Source of the DNA: Candidatus Saccharimonadota bacterium
GTDB lineage: Bacteria; Patescibacteriota; Saccharimonadia; Saccharimonadales; AQU-01
Length of the DNA: 58,318 nucleotides
Assembly: GCA_037137935.1 (NCBI GenBank)
Contig: JBAXJI010000004.1
Span: 1-58,318, forward strand
Direction: 5' to 3'
Shown here: piece by piece, positions 21,012 to 28,574 of the stretch
Layout: each line of letters starts with the position of its first letter
How positions within the stretch are numbered: the first letter of the stretch is position 1
Translations under genes and position numbers: made by a program
Notes under the pieces: model-generated
Told to the model about the DNA's origin: nothing
Databases searched by the model: none
The model's input: the letters and a program-made list of their open reading frames with translations, nothing else

Positions 21012-21105
21012 ATTAAAGTATAGTGTAAACCATTTTGCATAAAAATTCGCTTCAACTTTAGATTATATTTGCAGCCTAACAGGCGGACTGATCGTGGAAA
21101 AATGA

Positions 21106-21192
21106 CAAATCCTTCTTGATTGCAGTTATAACTTCATCTATCGTTGTGAGCCAAAGAAATAGGATCCCCACATTAATGTGGAGGTCCTTTTT
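21106..21192. repeat. Copy 1 of an approximately 80-87-nt dispersed repeat ending in a terminator-like hairpin
   Basis: About 80% identical over about 62 nt to 24078-24139. It is followed by a hairpin (GGATCCCCACA-ttaa-TGTGGAGGTCC, then TTTTT) whose sequence differs from copy 2 but whose structure is kept. Confidence 0.8.
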
Positions 21193-21222
21193 CTTTTGAC
21201 ATTGAAGATGTCAGGGCTCGAA

Positions 21223-21322
21223 CTGGACAGTTCGATAATTTCGTTATGACGAAATTATATACTGAGCCCGACTCGCCCTTTTTATTCGTGGCGAGCCGGA
21301 GCGAGGTAATATTCTGGCCTCC
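21223..21322 (+). repeat. Pseudo tRNA-Asn T-arm unit U1: degenerate 5' half (..CAGTTCG) + about 78-nt two-hairpin insert + TCTGGCCTCC
   Basis: 21313-21322 equals tRNA positions 18181-18190. The insert is homologous to the insert of U3 (23341-23424). Confidence 0.6.
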
Positions 21323-21338
21323 TCACTTTTGACCGGCA

Positions 21339-21379
21339 GAGGTTGCCAGTTCGGTTGCTAGCTCGCCCGGCCCGAGTCA
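21339..21379 (+). repeat. Pseudo tRNA-Asn 3' fragment U1b
   Basis: GAGGTTGCCAGTTCG is identical to tRNA 18164-18178. It is followed by gttGCTAGCTCGCCCGGCCCGAGtCA, compared with the tRNA ..CTGGCCTCCCGAGCCA. Confidence 0.55.
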
Positions 21380-21445
21380 TACTAATACCTAGCTAAAATA
21401 CGACTTTGATTAATGAGCACGGATTATAAATCAGATTATAGATGC

Positions 21446-22210
21446 TTATTCTGGACGGCTTAGCGCTTGACGAATCTTGCTTTTCTCATCAAATTCATAA
21501 GACAGACCCCTTACTACAACCACAGGACGATTCGTGCCTCGCTGACCCATTATTAGAGCGGCTGACGCTGCTACAAGATCGCATAGGGTTTCATCTGCTA
21601 TTTTAACTGAGCCCGAATCATCTGTAGTCGTGCTACGTCTTAGGCCAGGGAGGCCATAAAGACCGATAGCAACCTGAGTAGCCCCCGCTTTTTCTACACG
21701 TCCATCGCTATCAGTAACGACAACCGCAACTCGGACATTAAAGTTTTTCTGTATAGAATTTCCGATGCGCACAGCACTTTCATCTGAATCTTCGGGCAAG
21801 AGAACGACATGATCAGGCCCCATCTTATCTACACCAGCACTTGTCAACCTATTACCGTTAGGCAGCCAACCTGCAACGTAGTTATCGGCAATCTCCAAGC
21901 GACTTAAATCAGAAGTACCAGTTGCGTCAATGATCAGTTGTAGCGTACGAGGATCTTTGCGTGGAATACGTTCATGAAGTTCATGCGCTAACTTTCCAAC
22001 ATTCACAGTGTTGAGCGCAACAAGCCTATCTTCAGAAATTGAGATTGCCTTTGAGGCAACACAGAGTATATCTCCATCTTCAAAAACGAAGCCTGCTTTC
22101 TTTGAAGCATTGATGATTACGTCACTAACATTATCGCCTTTATTTATATGAGGTATGCCTGGGATAGCTTCGATTGTTATCTTCTTATTGGTGCGTAATT
22201 CCTTGTTCAT
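21446..22210 (-). CDS. CofE-like (F420-0:gamma-glutamyl ligase family) protein
   Basis: GDILCVASKAISISEDR, VAVVVTDSDGR, and AIGLYGLPGLRR resemble the CofE/FbiB N-terminal domain. Confidence 0.7.
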   Translation of the reverse strand: MNKELRTNKKITIEAIPGIPHINKGDNVSDVIINASKKAGFVFEDGDILCVASKAISISEDRLVALNTVNVGKLAHELHERIPRKDPRTLQLIIDATGTSDLSRLEIADNYVAGWLPNGNRLTSAGVDKMGPDHVVLLPEDSDESAVRIGNSIQKNFNVRVAVVVTDSDGRVEKAGATQVAIGLYGLPGLRRSTTTDDSGSVKIADETLCDLVAASAALIMGQRGTNRPVVVVRGLSYEFDEKSKIRQALSRPE

Positions 22211-22596
22211 CTAAAATCCTCTTTAATCCTATAATTGATTGTTCTGACATAGAAATCTTAACAGGTTTAATATCCTCTATGTTAAAAAGTCTAAACATAA
22301 TTTCTTCACCAACTACAGGCACACCAGATTTATGACCTAACTCCCTTAGATGATCTATCGTTACCATAATAGGAGCGTGTGTATTACTTGGATTAATCTC
22401 AAAACCGAGCTTTAATAAGCTTAGATAAAATCTGTTGTTACGAAGTAGTAGTATTGTTAGTGATCAGCACTAGGTCATGTTTTTGCGAAAGCATATTCAC
22501 GGTCTCTACAGCTCCTTCAACAGGTGTATCATTTACTAATATAGTGCCGTCTATATCACAAATAATCAGCTTCCGTTTCGGGATATTGACTCACAT
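22185..22596 (-). pseudogene. Decayed HAD-superfamily (NagD-like) phosphatase
   Basis: The minus strand reads ATG-TGA-VNIPKRKLIICDIDGTILVNDTPVEGAVETVNMLSQKHDLVLITNNTTTS-TAA. It then continues in another frame (..FYLSLLKLGFEINP..MVTIDHLRELGHKSG..). The DxDGT motif I is intact, but there are two in-frame stops or a frameshift, and the C-terminal half is missing. Confidence 0.65.
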
Positions 22597-22636
22597 ACTA
22601 TTTAATTATACTGTACCTCATGGAGATACAAGCATT

Positions 22637-23077
22637 ATGAAACTAAGAAAATCGGTTGTTGCGTTTTTTATCAAACAAGACGGAAATGATCGATATTTCT
22701 TGATTGTTCATAAAAGTTCACGACAAATATTAGACTGGGGACTACCTGCTGGCGGTCGTAAAAATAATGAGAGCACGCTTGCCACCTTCACCAGAGAAAT
22801 GTCAGAAGAACTGAATCTTAAAGAAGGTGACTATAAATTATTAAGCGTCGAACCAAAAATAATCCATAGCTACTTGTGGGGTAAAGACATGAAATCACTC
22901 ACTGGATTTGATGGCCAAATGCAAGAGCTCGTTTGTGCGAGACTCGAAATCGACAAAATGACACTTGGCGAAGAACTAGACGGGTACTGTTGGGTGAAGT
23001 TTAACGATGCAGAAAATGCCCCTATGCCAGCAGATCTTAAGCAGTTAATTATTGAAAAAATAATATATGTCGTCTGA
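22637..23077 (+). CDS. Nudix hydrolase
   Basis: Nudix box GGRKNNESTLATFTREMSEELNL. ATG at 22637 with GGAG upstream; the longer ORF-track start is not credible. Confidence 0.85.
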   Translation: MKLRKSVVAFFIKQDGNDRYFLIVHKSSRQILDWGLPAGGRKNNESTLATFTREMSEELNLKEGDYKLLSVEPKIIHSYLWGKDMKSLTGFDGQMQELVCARLEIDKMTLGEELDGYCWVKFNDAENAPMPADLKQLIIEKIIYVV

Positions 23078-23151
23078 GAATATTTTTAAACTAACAAGCC
23101 GGGAAAGGGACGTGGTTGATCGACAACCGCATAGGTTATGAGCATTAAATC

Positions 23152-23209
23152 GTCAGTTTGCTAATCCTAGCAACAAATGGGGCGATTACATCTTAATATT
23201 CTGGCCTCC
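23152..23209 (+). repeat. Pseudo T-arm unit U2a (degenerate 5' half GTCAGTTTGCTAAT + 37 nt + TCTGGCCTCC)
   Basis: 23200-23209 equals the tRNA 3' T-stem/acceptor segment. TAATATTCTGGCCTCCT is shared with U1. Confidence 0.4.
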
Positions 23210-23218
23210 TAATTGGCA

Positions 23219-23298
23219 GAGGTTGCCAGTTCGGTCCTTAGTCTGATGCCCGGAGATTTATCTCGGCGCACAGATTAAGGTGCGCTAGCTGGCCTCCC
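23219..23298 (+). repeat. Pseudo T-arm unit U2: GAGGTTGCCAGTTCG + 55-nt insert with two hairpins + CTGGCCTCCC
   Basis: The exact 15-mer of the tRNA 5' T-arm half is at 23219-23233. The insert contains CCGGAGAT/ATCTCGG and GCGCAC/GTGCGC stems. The 3' half is at 23289-23298. Confidence 0.6.
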
Positions 23299-23325
23299 AA
23301 AAAACCCGAAAGCCTTAGCTGACAG

Positions 23326-23441
23326 AAGGTTGCCAGTTCGCTAATTTTGGAAAAAGTAATTTTCTTTTTACAAAATTATATCCTGAGACCGAGTCGCATA
23401 ATGCGACGCGGCACGAGGGAGTATTCTGGCCTCCCGAGCCA
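23326..23441 (+). repeat. Pseudo T-arm unit U3, ending in an exact 17-nt copy of the tRNA-Asn 3' end (attR-like)
   Basis: AAGGTTGCCAGTTCG at 23326-23340, then an 84-nt insert, then TCTGGCCTCCCGAGCCA at 23425-23441, which is identical to 18181-18197. Confidence 0.75.
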
Positions 23442-23549
23442 AGCTGGAATAGACGAAGTCAGAACTGTGAAAATGGTTATGACTTTTCGTAACCCAGAGT
23501 AGAATTGAAATTGCACAAAAACTCTTATTATTTCGGATATAATAAGTGT

Positions 23550-24062
23550 ATGTATCTTTATCATCATGTACCGAATAACCAAAACGGAAGTATCATTTAT
23601 CCACTAAACCAGCTAAAGGATAGATTCCCAGATCTATACACCGAGCATTACGCAAAATACGATAATATAAAAGAGAAAGATGTAGAAATACCCGGATTTG
23701 GTTCTTGGAACGATTGTGTCAACCTAATGCCCGTAAACCCTGGGCTTGTTAAAGCAGAGCTGGAAAAGTACGACCACGACACAAATTGGCCTTGGAGATT
23801 TTACAGAATTGATGCAGAGAAGCTAGATACTAAAAAACTCATTATTATGATAATGAATGACCAGAGTAGTACTTCTAGGCGCGAATTTATACTTTTTAGC
23901 AAAGAAGCATTTAAGAAGTATTGCCATATAGGTGATGTTACTCGAGCGGTTTTTCAAAAAGCAAAAGACAACAACGAACAGCCAAACACATTTGCTCGAG
24001 TGCCGCATGTTCTATACAAAGACTCTATCAACACCCAAGGTCTTGAAATAGTAGAGTTTTAG
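23550..24062 (+). CDS. Hypothetical protein (MYLYHHVP.. family, function unknown)
   Basis: Long ORF whose first ATG is at 23550; the ORF-track start at 23505 is TTG. No RBS is evident, so the start is uncertain. Confidence 0.55.
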   Translation: MYLYHHVPNNQNGSIIYPLNQLKDRFPDLYTEHYAKYDNIKEKDVEIPGFGSWNDCVNLMPVNPGLVKAELEKYDHDTNWPWRFYRIDAEKLDTKKLIIMIMNDQSSTSRREFILFSKEAFKKYCHIGDVTRAVFQKAKDNNEQPNTFARVPHVLYKDSINTQGLEIVEF

Positions 24063-24077
24063 CTATTAAACATTAAT

Positions 24078-24156
24078 CAAATCCTGCTTAATCACAGTTA
24101 TAACTTCCTCTATTGTTGAGAGCCAAATAAAGAGACCCACGCAAGTGGGCCTTTTT
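24078..24156. repeat. Copy 2 of the dispersed repeat with terminator-like hairpin
   Basis: Matches 21106-21192. Hairpin GAGACCCAC-gcaa-GTGGGCC followed by TTTTT. It lies between convergent genes, so it is probably a bidirectional terminator. Confidence 0.8.
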
Positions 24157-24187
24157 ATATATACGTATATAGAATCGAAGATGCGTA

Positions 24188-24979
24188 TTATTTACGGCGT
24201 ACGCGGCCTTTGAGCGCGACAAATGCGAGCGTAAATGAAATTGACATGATAATTACTATAGCCATTAGAGCTTTTGTGATACTCGACCATTCCCAGCCTG
24301 TGGTAATGATTGCCCGCAACCCATCAAGTAAATATGTTACGGGATTATATTTTGCAGCTGTTGCTAACCATCCAGACAGTGCTTCTTTTGGCAAAAATGA
24401 GGTGGTTAAAAATGAGAACGGGAAGAATAGCAGAAAAGAAGAGTTAACTGCGGCTGGGTTGCCGGTCTTTAGGGCTATGGCGTAGGGGAATCCAGTAAAC
24501 GCAAGCCCCCACAAGCCTGACATCAGTAAAAATGCCAACATGCCCACAAAACCAGTCGTAAAATCAACACCAACGATTAAGCCAAGTATTAGAACTGGGA
24601 TTGAGAGGGCAATCACCAAAGCAAAGTCAGCAATCATTAATCCAAGTAGTAACGCGACTCTACTTATTGGTGTCATTAGGAGTCGGTCAAAATAACCAGA
24701 TTTTATGTCAGTAACTAGCGCTGAAGCGCGGGATATTCCCGTCACGGCAAAAACGATTGCTACAGGTATCTGAAAGGCTTTATAGTCAGTAATTCCTGTA
24801 AATGAAGACACTTTACTTAACGAGCCAGTGTTAACGGCAAAAAAGAATAAAGGAATTATTAGTGCCGGAATTATTGACTCAGGCTCCCTTGGGATAGCAC
24901 GCAGAGCGCGCCCCGCAACAGTAGTCAAATCTCTAAAAAATCCAGCGGGACGTGCTTGAATCGATACTTGCTCTGACAT
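24188..24979 (-). CDS. ABC-2-type transporter permease
   Basis: Six predicted TM segments, 2 nt downstream of the ATPase gene. Typical DrrB/ABC-2 architecture. Confidence 0.85.
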   Translation of the reverse strand: MSEQVSIQARPAGFFRDLTTVAGRALRAIPREPESIIPALIIPLFFFAVNTGSLSKVSSFTGITDYKAFQIPVAIVFAVTGISRASALVTDIKSGYFDRLLMTPISRVALLLGLMIADFALVIALSIPVLILGLIVGVDFTTGFVGMLAFLLMSGLWGLAFTGFPYAIALKTGNPAAVNSSFLLFFPFSFLTTSFLPKEALSGWLATAAKYNPVTYLLDGLRAIITTGWEWSSITKALMAIVIIMSISFTLAFVALKGRVRRK

Positions 24980-24980
24980 A

Positions 24981-25961
24981 CTAGTCGTCTCCCTTGAGGC
25001 GTAGCCCTGTTACTTGCAGAAACACATCGTCTAATGATGGTATGCGTATTGATAGCTCTAGAACCGTCGAACCATCAGATGTTATAGCTTCAACAAGTTC
25101 TCCAATGTTTTTAGAAGCCTCTTTCATGTAGACCTTTAAAGTAGATTTTTCTTGTTCTACCTTTTTCACACTTTTCATAGCTTTCAATCGTGCATTTATT
25201 GATTCTTTTAGGCTAGAAACGCTTACGGTTACAATATCATTGCCGATAAGTGCTTTTAACTCTTTTGGCGTACCTTCGGCTTTCAGTAAACCACCCGCAA
25301 TTATGCCGACTCTATCGCAAAGCTGATCGGCTTCTTCAAGGTATTGAGTTGTCAAAAAAATAGTCATCCCAAGGTCTTTATTCAAACGCTTAATTTCATC
25401 CCATACTCTTGACCGGCTGACCGGGTCAAGTCCAGTAGTCGGCTCATCTAAAAACAGCACCTTAGGGTTATGTACAAGTGCGGCAGCAAGGTCTAGCCGA
25501 CGCTTCATACCACCAGAATAGGTTTTGATTGGTTTATTGATGGCGTCGCCGATATCAACGAGCTTTGTCAAATCTTCCAAGCGCTGCGTGACGTCTTTTC
25601 CTCGTAACCCATACAAATTGGCTTGCAAGCGTAAGAGCTCTATACCTTTTTGGGATTCATCTAATGCAGCGTCTTGTAGTGCAACCCCAATTTTTAACCG
25701 TACATCGCCCTCCTGTTTCGTGACACTGCTGCCCAAAATCCACGCGTCACCTGACGACGGTTCCGACAAAGTAACGAGCATACGGATAATAGTGGATTTC
25801 CCAGCACCGTTAGGTCCCAAAAACCCATATATTTCGCCCTTTTTAATACTAAGCGACACACCATTAACGGCTTTTTTGCCGCCATAAATTTTAGTAAGAT
25901 TAACAGATTTTATTGCCAGCGTTTCTGAAGAATTTAAACTCATATACGATTTATTATACAA
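24981..25961 (-). CDS. ABC transporter ATP-binding protein (DrrA/ABC-2 type)
   Basis: GPNGAGKST, YSGGMKRRL signature, LFLDEPTTGLD. Confidence 0.92.
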   Translation of the reverse strand: MYNKSYMSLNSSETLAIKSVNLTKIYGGKKAVNGVSLSIKKGEIYGFLGPNGAGKSTIIRMLVTLSEPSSGDAWILGSSVTKQEGDVRLKIGVALQDAALDESQKGIELLRLQANLYGLRGKDVTQRLEDLTKLVDIGDAINKPIKTYSGGMKRRLDLAAALVHNPKVLFLDEPTTGLDPVSRSRVWDEIKRLNKDLGMTIFLTTQYLEEADQLCDRVGIIAGGLLKAEGTPKELKALIGNDIVTVSVSSLKESINARLKAMKSVKKVEQEKSTLKVYMKEASKNIGELVEAITSDGSTVLELSIRIPSLDDVFLQVTGLRLKGDD

Positions 25962-26055
25962 GATAAATATCTTACACTAAACTTTCTTGTTTGATTTTGG
26001 CTGGTGCTTTTAAAGAGAAATGCTTGTAATCATTATTTTTGCTATTATGAATGTA

Positions 26056-26967
26056 ATGAAAATTGTAACCGCAGGTTCCGCTTATTTGGATATTGATGCT
26101 TACGCAGGGTGTATCGCTGAAGCAGAATTACTGAGAATTAACGGCGAAGATGCTTATGCAGCTAGTAGCGCCCCACTCAACGAAAGTATTCCCAGAAGCC
26201 TAAGGGTGTTGGGTATAGGGTTGGAAGAATACCGAGTAGGCGAAAAAGATGAATTTATTATTGTAGACGTTTCCAAAGAGGATTTTTTTGATCCGATAGT
26301 CAAGAATGGAACTGTGGTCGAGGTTATAGATCATCACCCGGGGCAGGAAAAGTATTGGCAAGAAAAAATCGGAGATAAAGCGGATATTGAATTTATAGGG
26401 GCATCCTGCACACAAATCTTTGAACGCTGGCAAACAGATAAACGATTACAAGAAATGAGCCCTGAGATTGCGCGCCTATTGGCAGCTGGGATACTAGATA
26501 ATACGCTTAACTTTAATGCTGATGTAACTACTCAAAGAGACCGAAATGCGTATGAAGTCTTGAAACAAATTGGCGGCCTACCTGAAGATTTTGCCGCTCA
26601 ATACTTTACAGAATGCCAAGCATCAATTGAAGATAACTTCGAAGAAGCAGTTTCGAATGATATTAAAACTATGGAAGAAGCACCAAAATTGCCACATTCG
26701 TTTGGGCAGCTAACGGTATGGGACGCAAAAGCATTTGCACTCGACAAAAAGGACTTAATAACCCAGATATTAAATAATCGTGATTCCGATTGGGCACTAA
26801 ACCTTATAAGTATCGGTGAAGGTCGGAGTTATTTTCTAAGCACTAGCGAAAGTGGTCAATCTAAGCTAAAAGCTTTAATTGGTTCAGATTTTACTGAGGG
26901 TATTGCTGAAGCAGACAGATTGTGGCTCAGAAAAGAACTATTGAATCTTGCTTTACAAAACCTATAA
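26056..26967 (+). CDS. DHH-family phosphoesterase-like protein
   Basis: DIDAYAG, IIVDVS and VIDHHPG resemble DHH motifs I-III. The start is chosen among three close ATGs. Confidence 0.6.
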   Translation: MKIVTAGSAYLDIDAYAGCIAEAELLRINGEDAYAASSAPLNESIPRSLRVLGIGLEEYRVGEKDEFIIVDVSKEDFFDPIVKNGTVVEVIDHHPGQEKYWQEKIGDKADIEFIGASCTQIFERWQTDKRLQEMSPEIARLLAAGILDNTLNFNADVTTQRDRNAYEVLKQIGGLPEDFAAQYFTECQASIEDNFEEAVSNDIKTMEEAPKLPHSFGQLTVWDAKAFALDKKDLITQILNNRDSDWALNLISIGEGRSYFLSTSESGQSKLKALIGSDFTEGIAEADRLWLRKELLNLALQNL

Positions 26968-27077
26968 CTATCTCTATCGTTGTCACTCAACCTGCAAATC
27001 ATAAATCAATACACTTAATATAGTTATGCTTTTGCATAAATTATATATATAATTATATGAAAATAAGGGGAAGCATA

Positions 27078-28511
27078 ATGATGATAACTAGACTATACAA
27101 AACAACTATCAAGTTAGTTACTGCAGTAGCATTGAGCTTAAGCCTAATTACAATAACTTCAATCATTCCGGCTTACGCAGCTAGTGGTGTAGGGGCTTGG
27201 GATTCTACTACGGCTTTACCTACAGAAACTTTTACTGCTAGCGGCGCTACCTATAATGGCTATATCTACAACGTTGATGGAACAACTAATGCAGGCGACA
27301 CCAATAAAGTCTATTACGCAAAGATTTCGGCCAACGGAACAATAGCTTCATGGAGTACAAGCGCCAATGACTTGCCTGACACATTTCATAGAGGCACATC
27401 TGTTGCTCATAATGGCTACCTTTATGTGGTCGGCGGATATAATGCCACACACTTACAGTTCAATACCGTATATTATGCGCCTTTAGATCCGGCAGATGGC
27501 CATGTGGGCGTCTGGAATGCTACGACAGTACTACCTACTATTAATCAAAGTGAAGCCGTTGTTATAAACAATAATTATATGTACGTAATTGGTGGCGGAA
27601 TTAACGGAATCGGTAACGTCGATACTGTTTACTACGCACATATTAAATCTGACGGAACATTAGATAGCTGGACTACATCTACTAATACACTACCGCAACG
27701 CTTAAGAAGAATTGGTGGAGTAGTGAATAATAACTTCGTCTATATAACAGGTGGCATTACGACCACTGGAAGCCAGTCGAACACCGTATATTACGCTCCT
27801 CTTAATTCCGATGGATCAGTAGGGTCTTGGATTACGAGCACAAACACTCTACCTACAGCAGTTTGGGATGCTAGCGTAATTACTAATAATGGATTTATAT
27901 ATAACATTGGCGGGCAAAGTGCTGCAGGAAATATTAATTCCGTATATTACGCTCCTCTTAATTCCGATGGATCAGTAGGGTCTTGGATTACGAGCACAAA
28001 CACTCTACCGGATTCAATCAATGGGGCAGTAGGTGGCGTATACAATAATAGGGCCTACATCACGGGAGGCTCTGGCATTACCGGACTTTTGCTATCAAGC
28101 GTATACTATGCGCCTCTGTTAGATACTCTTACTCAGTCTGCTAGTGTAGTAGCTAGCAAATCTACGGCTATCCCAGCGCTAGCAAATGCTCTAGGCTCTC
28201 AAAATATTTCAACACTATCAATTGTTACTCAGCCAGCTCATGGCACTGCAACAACTGGCGTGAACGGTGTGACCTATACTCCGACTAGTGGCTACACAGG
28301 ATCAGATAGCCTAGTCTATAAAATATGTTCCTTATACGATGCCGGCTTATGTTCTACTGTAACTTTGTCATTAACTGTTGCTCTTGGAGCACCGAACACT
28401 GGGATTAAATCAGATCACAAAAATTCTACGCTTAATACAGTCGAGTACATTGTTGCCGGTGTGACATTATTCTCGGCCGCTCTATTGAGCCGACGACACG
28501 CAAAACGATAG
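27078..28511 (+). CDS. Secreted Kelch/beta-propeller repeat surface protein with sortase-type C-terminal sorting signal (APNTG)
   Basis: Signal/TM segment at the N-terminus. About 7 repeats of the type ..NG(Y/F)(I/L)Y..GG....N.VYYAP...DG..G.W... The C-terminus is LGAPNTG + hydrophobic stretch + RRHAKR. Confidence 0.75.
   Translation: MMITRLYKTTIKLVTAVALSLSLITITSIIPAYAASGVGAWDSTTALPTETFTASGATYNGYIYNVDGTTNAGDTNKVYYAKISANGTIASWSTSANDLPDTFHRGTSVAHNGYLYVVGGYNATHLQFNTVYYAPLDPADGHVGVWNATTVLPTINQSEAVVINNNYMYVIGGGINGIGNVDTVYYAHIKSDGTLDSWTTSTNTLPQRLRRIGGVVNNNFVYITGGITTTGSQSNTVYYAPLNSDGSVGSWITSTNTLPTAVWDASVITNNGFIYNIGGQSAAGNINSVYYAPLNSDGSVGSWITSTNTLPDSINGAVGGVYNNRAYITGGSGITGLLLSSVYYAPLLDTLTQSASVVASKSTAIPALANALGSQNISTLSIVTQPAHGTATTGVNGVTYTPTSGYTGSDSLVYKICSLYDAGLCSTVTLSLTVALGAPNTGIKSDHKNSTLNTVEYIVAGVTLFSAALLSRRHAKR
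27784..28009 (+). repeat. Perfect 70-nt direct repeat (27784-27853 and 27940-28009), period 156 nt = one blade
   Basis: ccgtatattacgctcctcttaattccgatggatcagtagggtcttggattacgagcacaaacactctacc occurs twice. Confidence 0.95.
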
Positions 28512-28574
28512 AACTCCGTAATCACGTCAACTATACCGCTGGATCTACATATAAAAACTTGTACTAACGATTAA

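Noticed and set aside
22185-22596. UGA-as-glycine recoding (code 25, as in some CPR lineages), which would rescue the HAD gene whose second codon is TGA.
   Set aside because: TGA clearly terminates dut (13989-13991) and the Nudix gene (23075-23077) at positions matching family lengths. The HAD remnant also has a TAA stop and a frame change. The standard code with a pseudogene is the simpler reading.
22454-22636. The long N-terminal extension of the Nudix ORF (ORF-track start at 22454).
   Set aside because: The extension is antisense to the HAD remnant and has an implausible sequence. A proper ATG with GGAG upstream exists at 22637.
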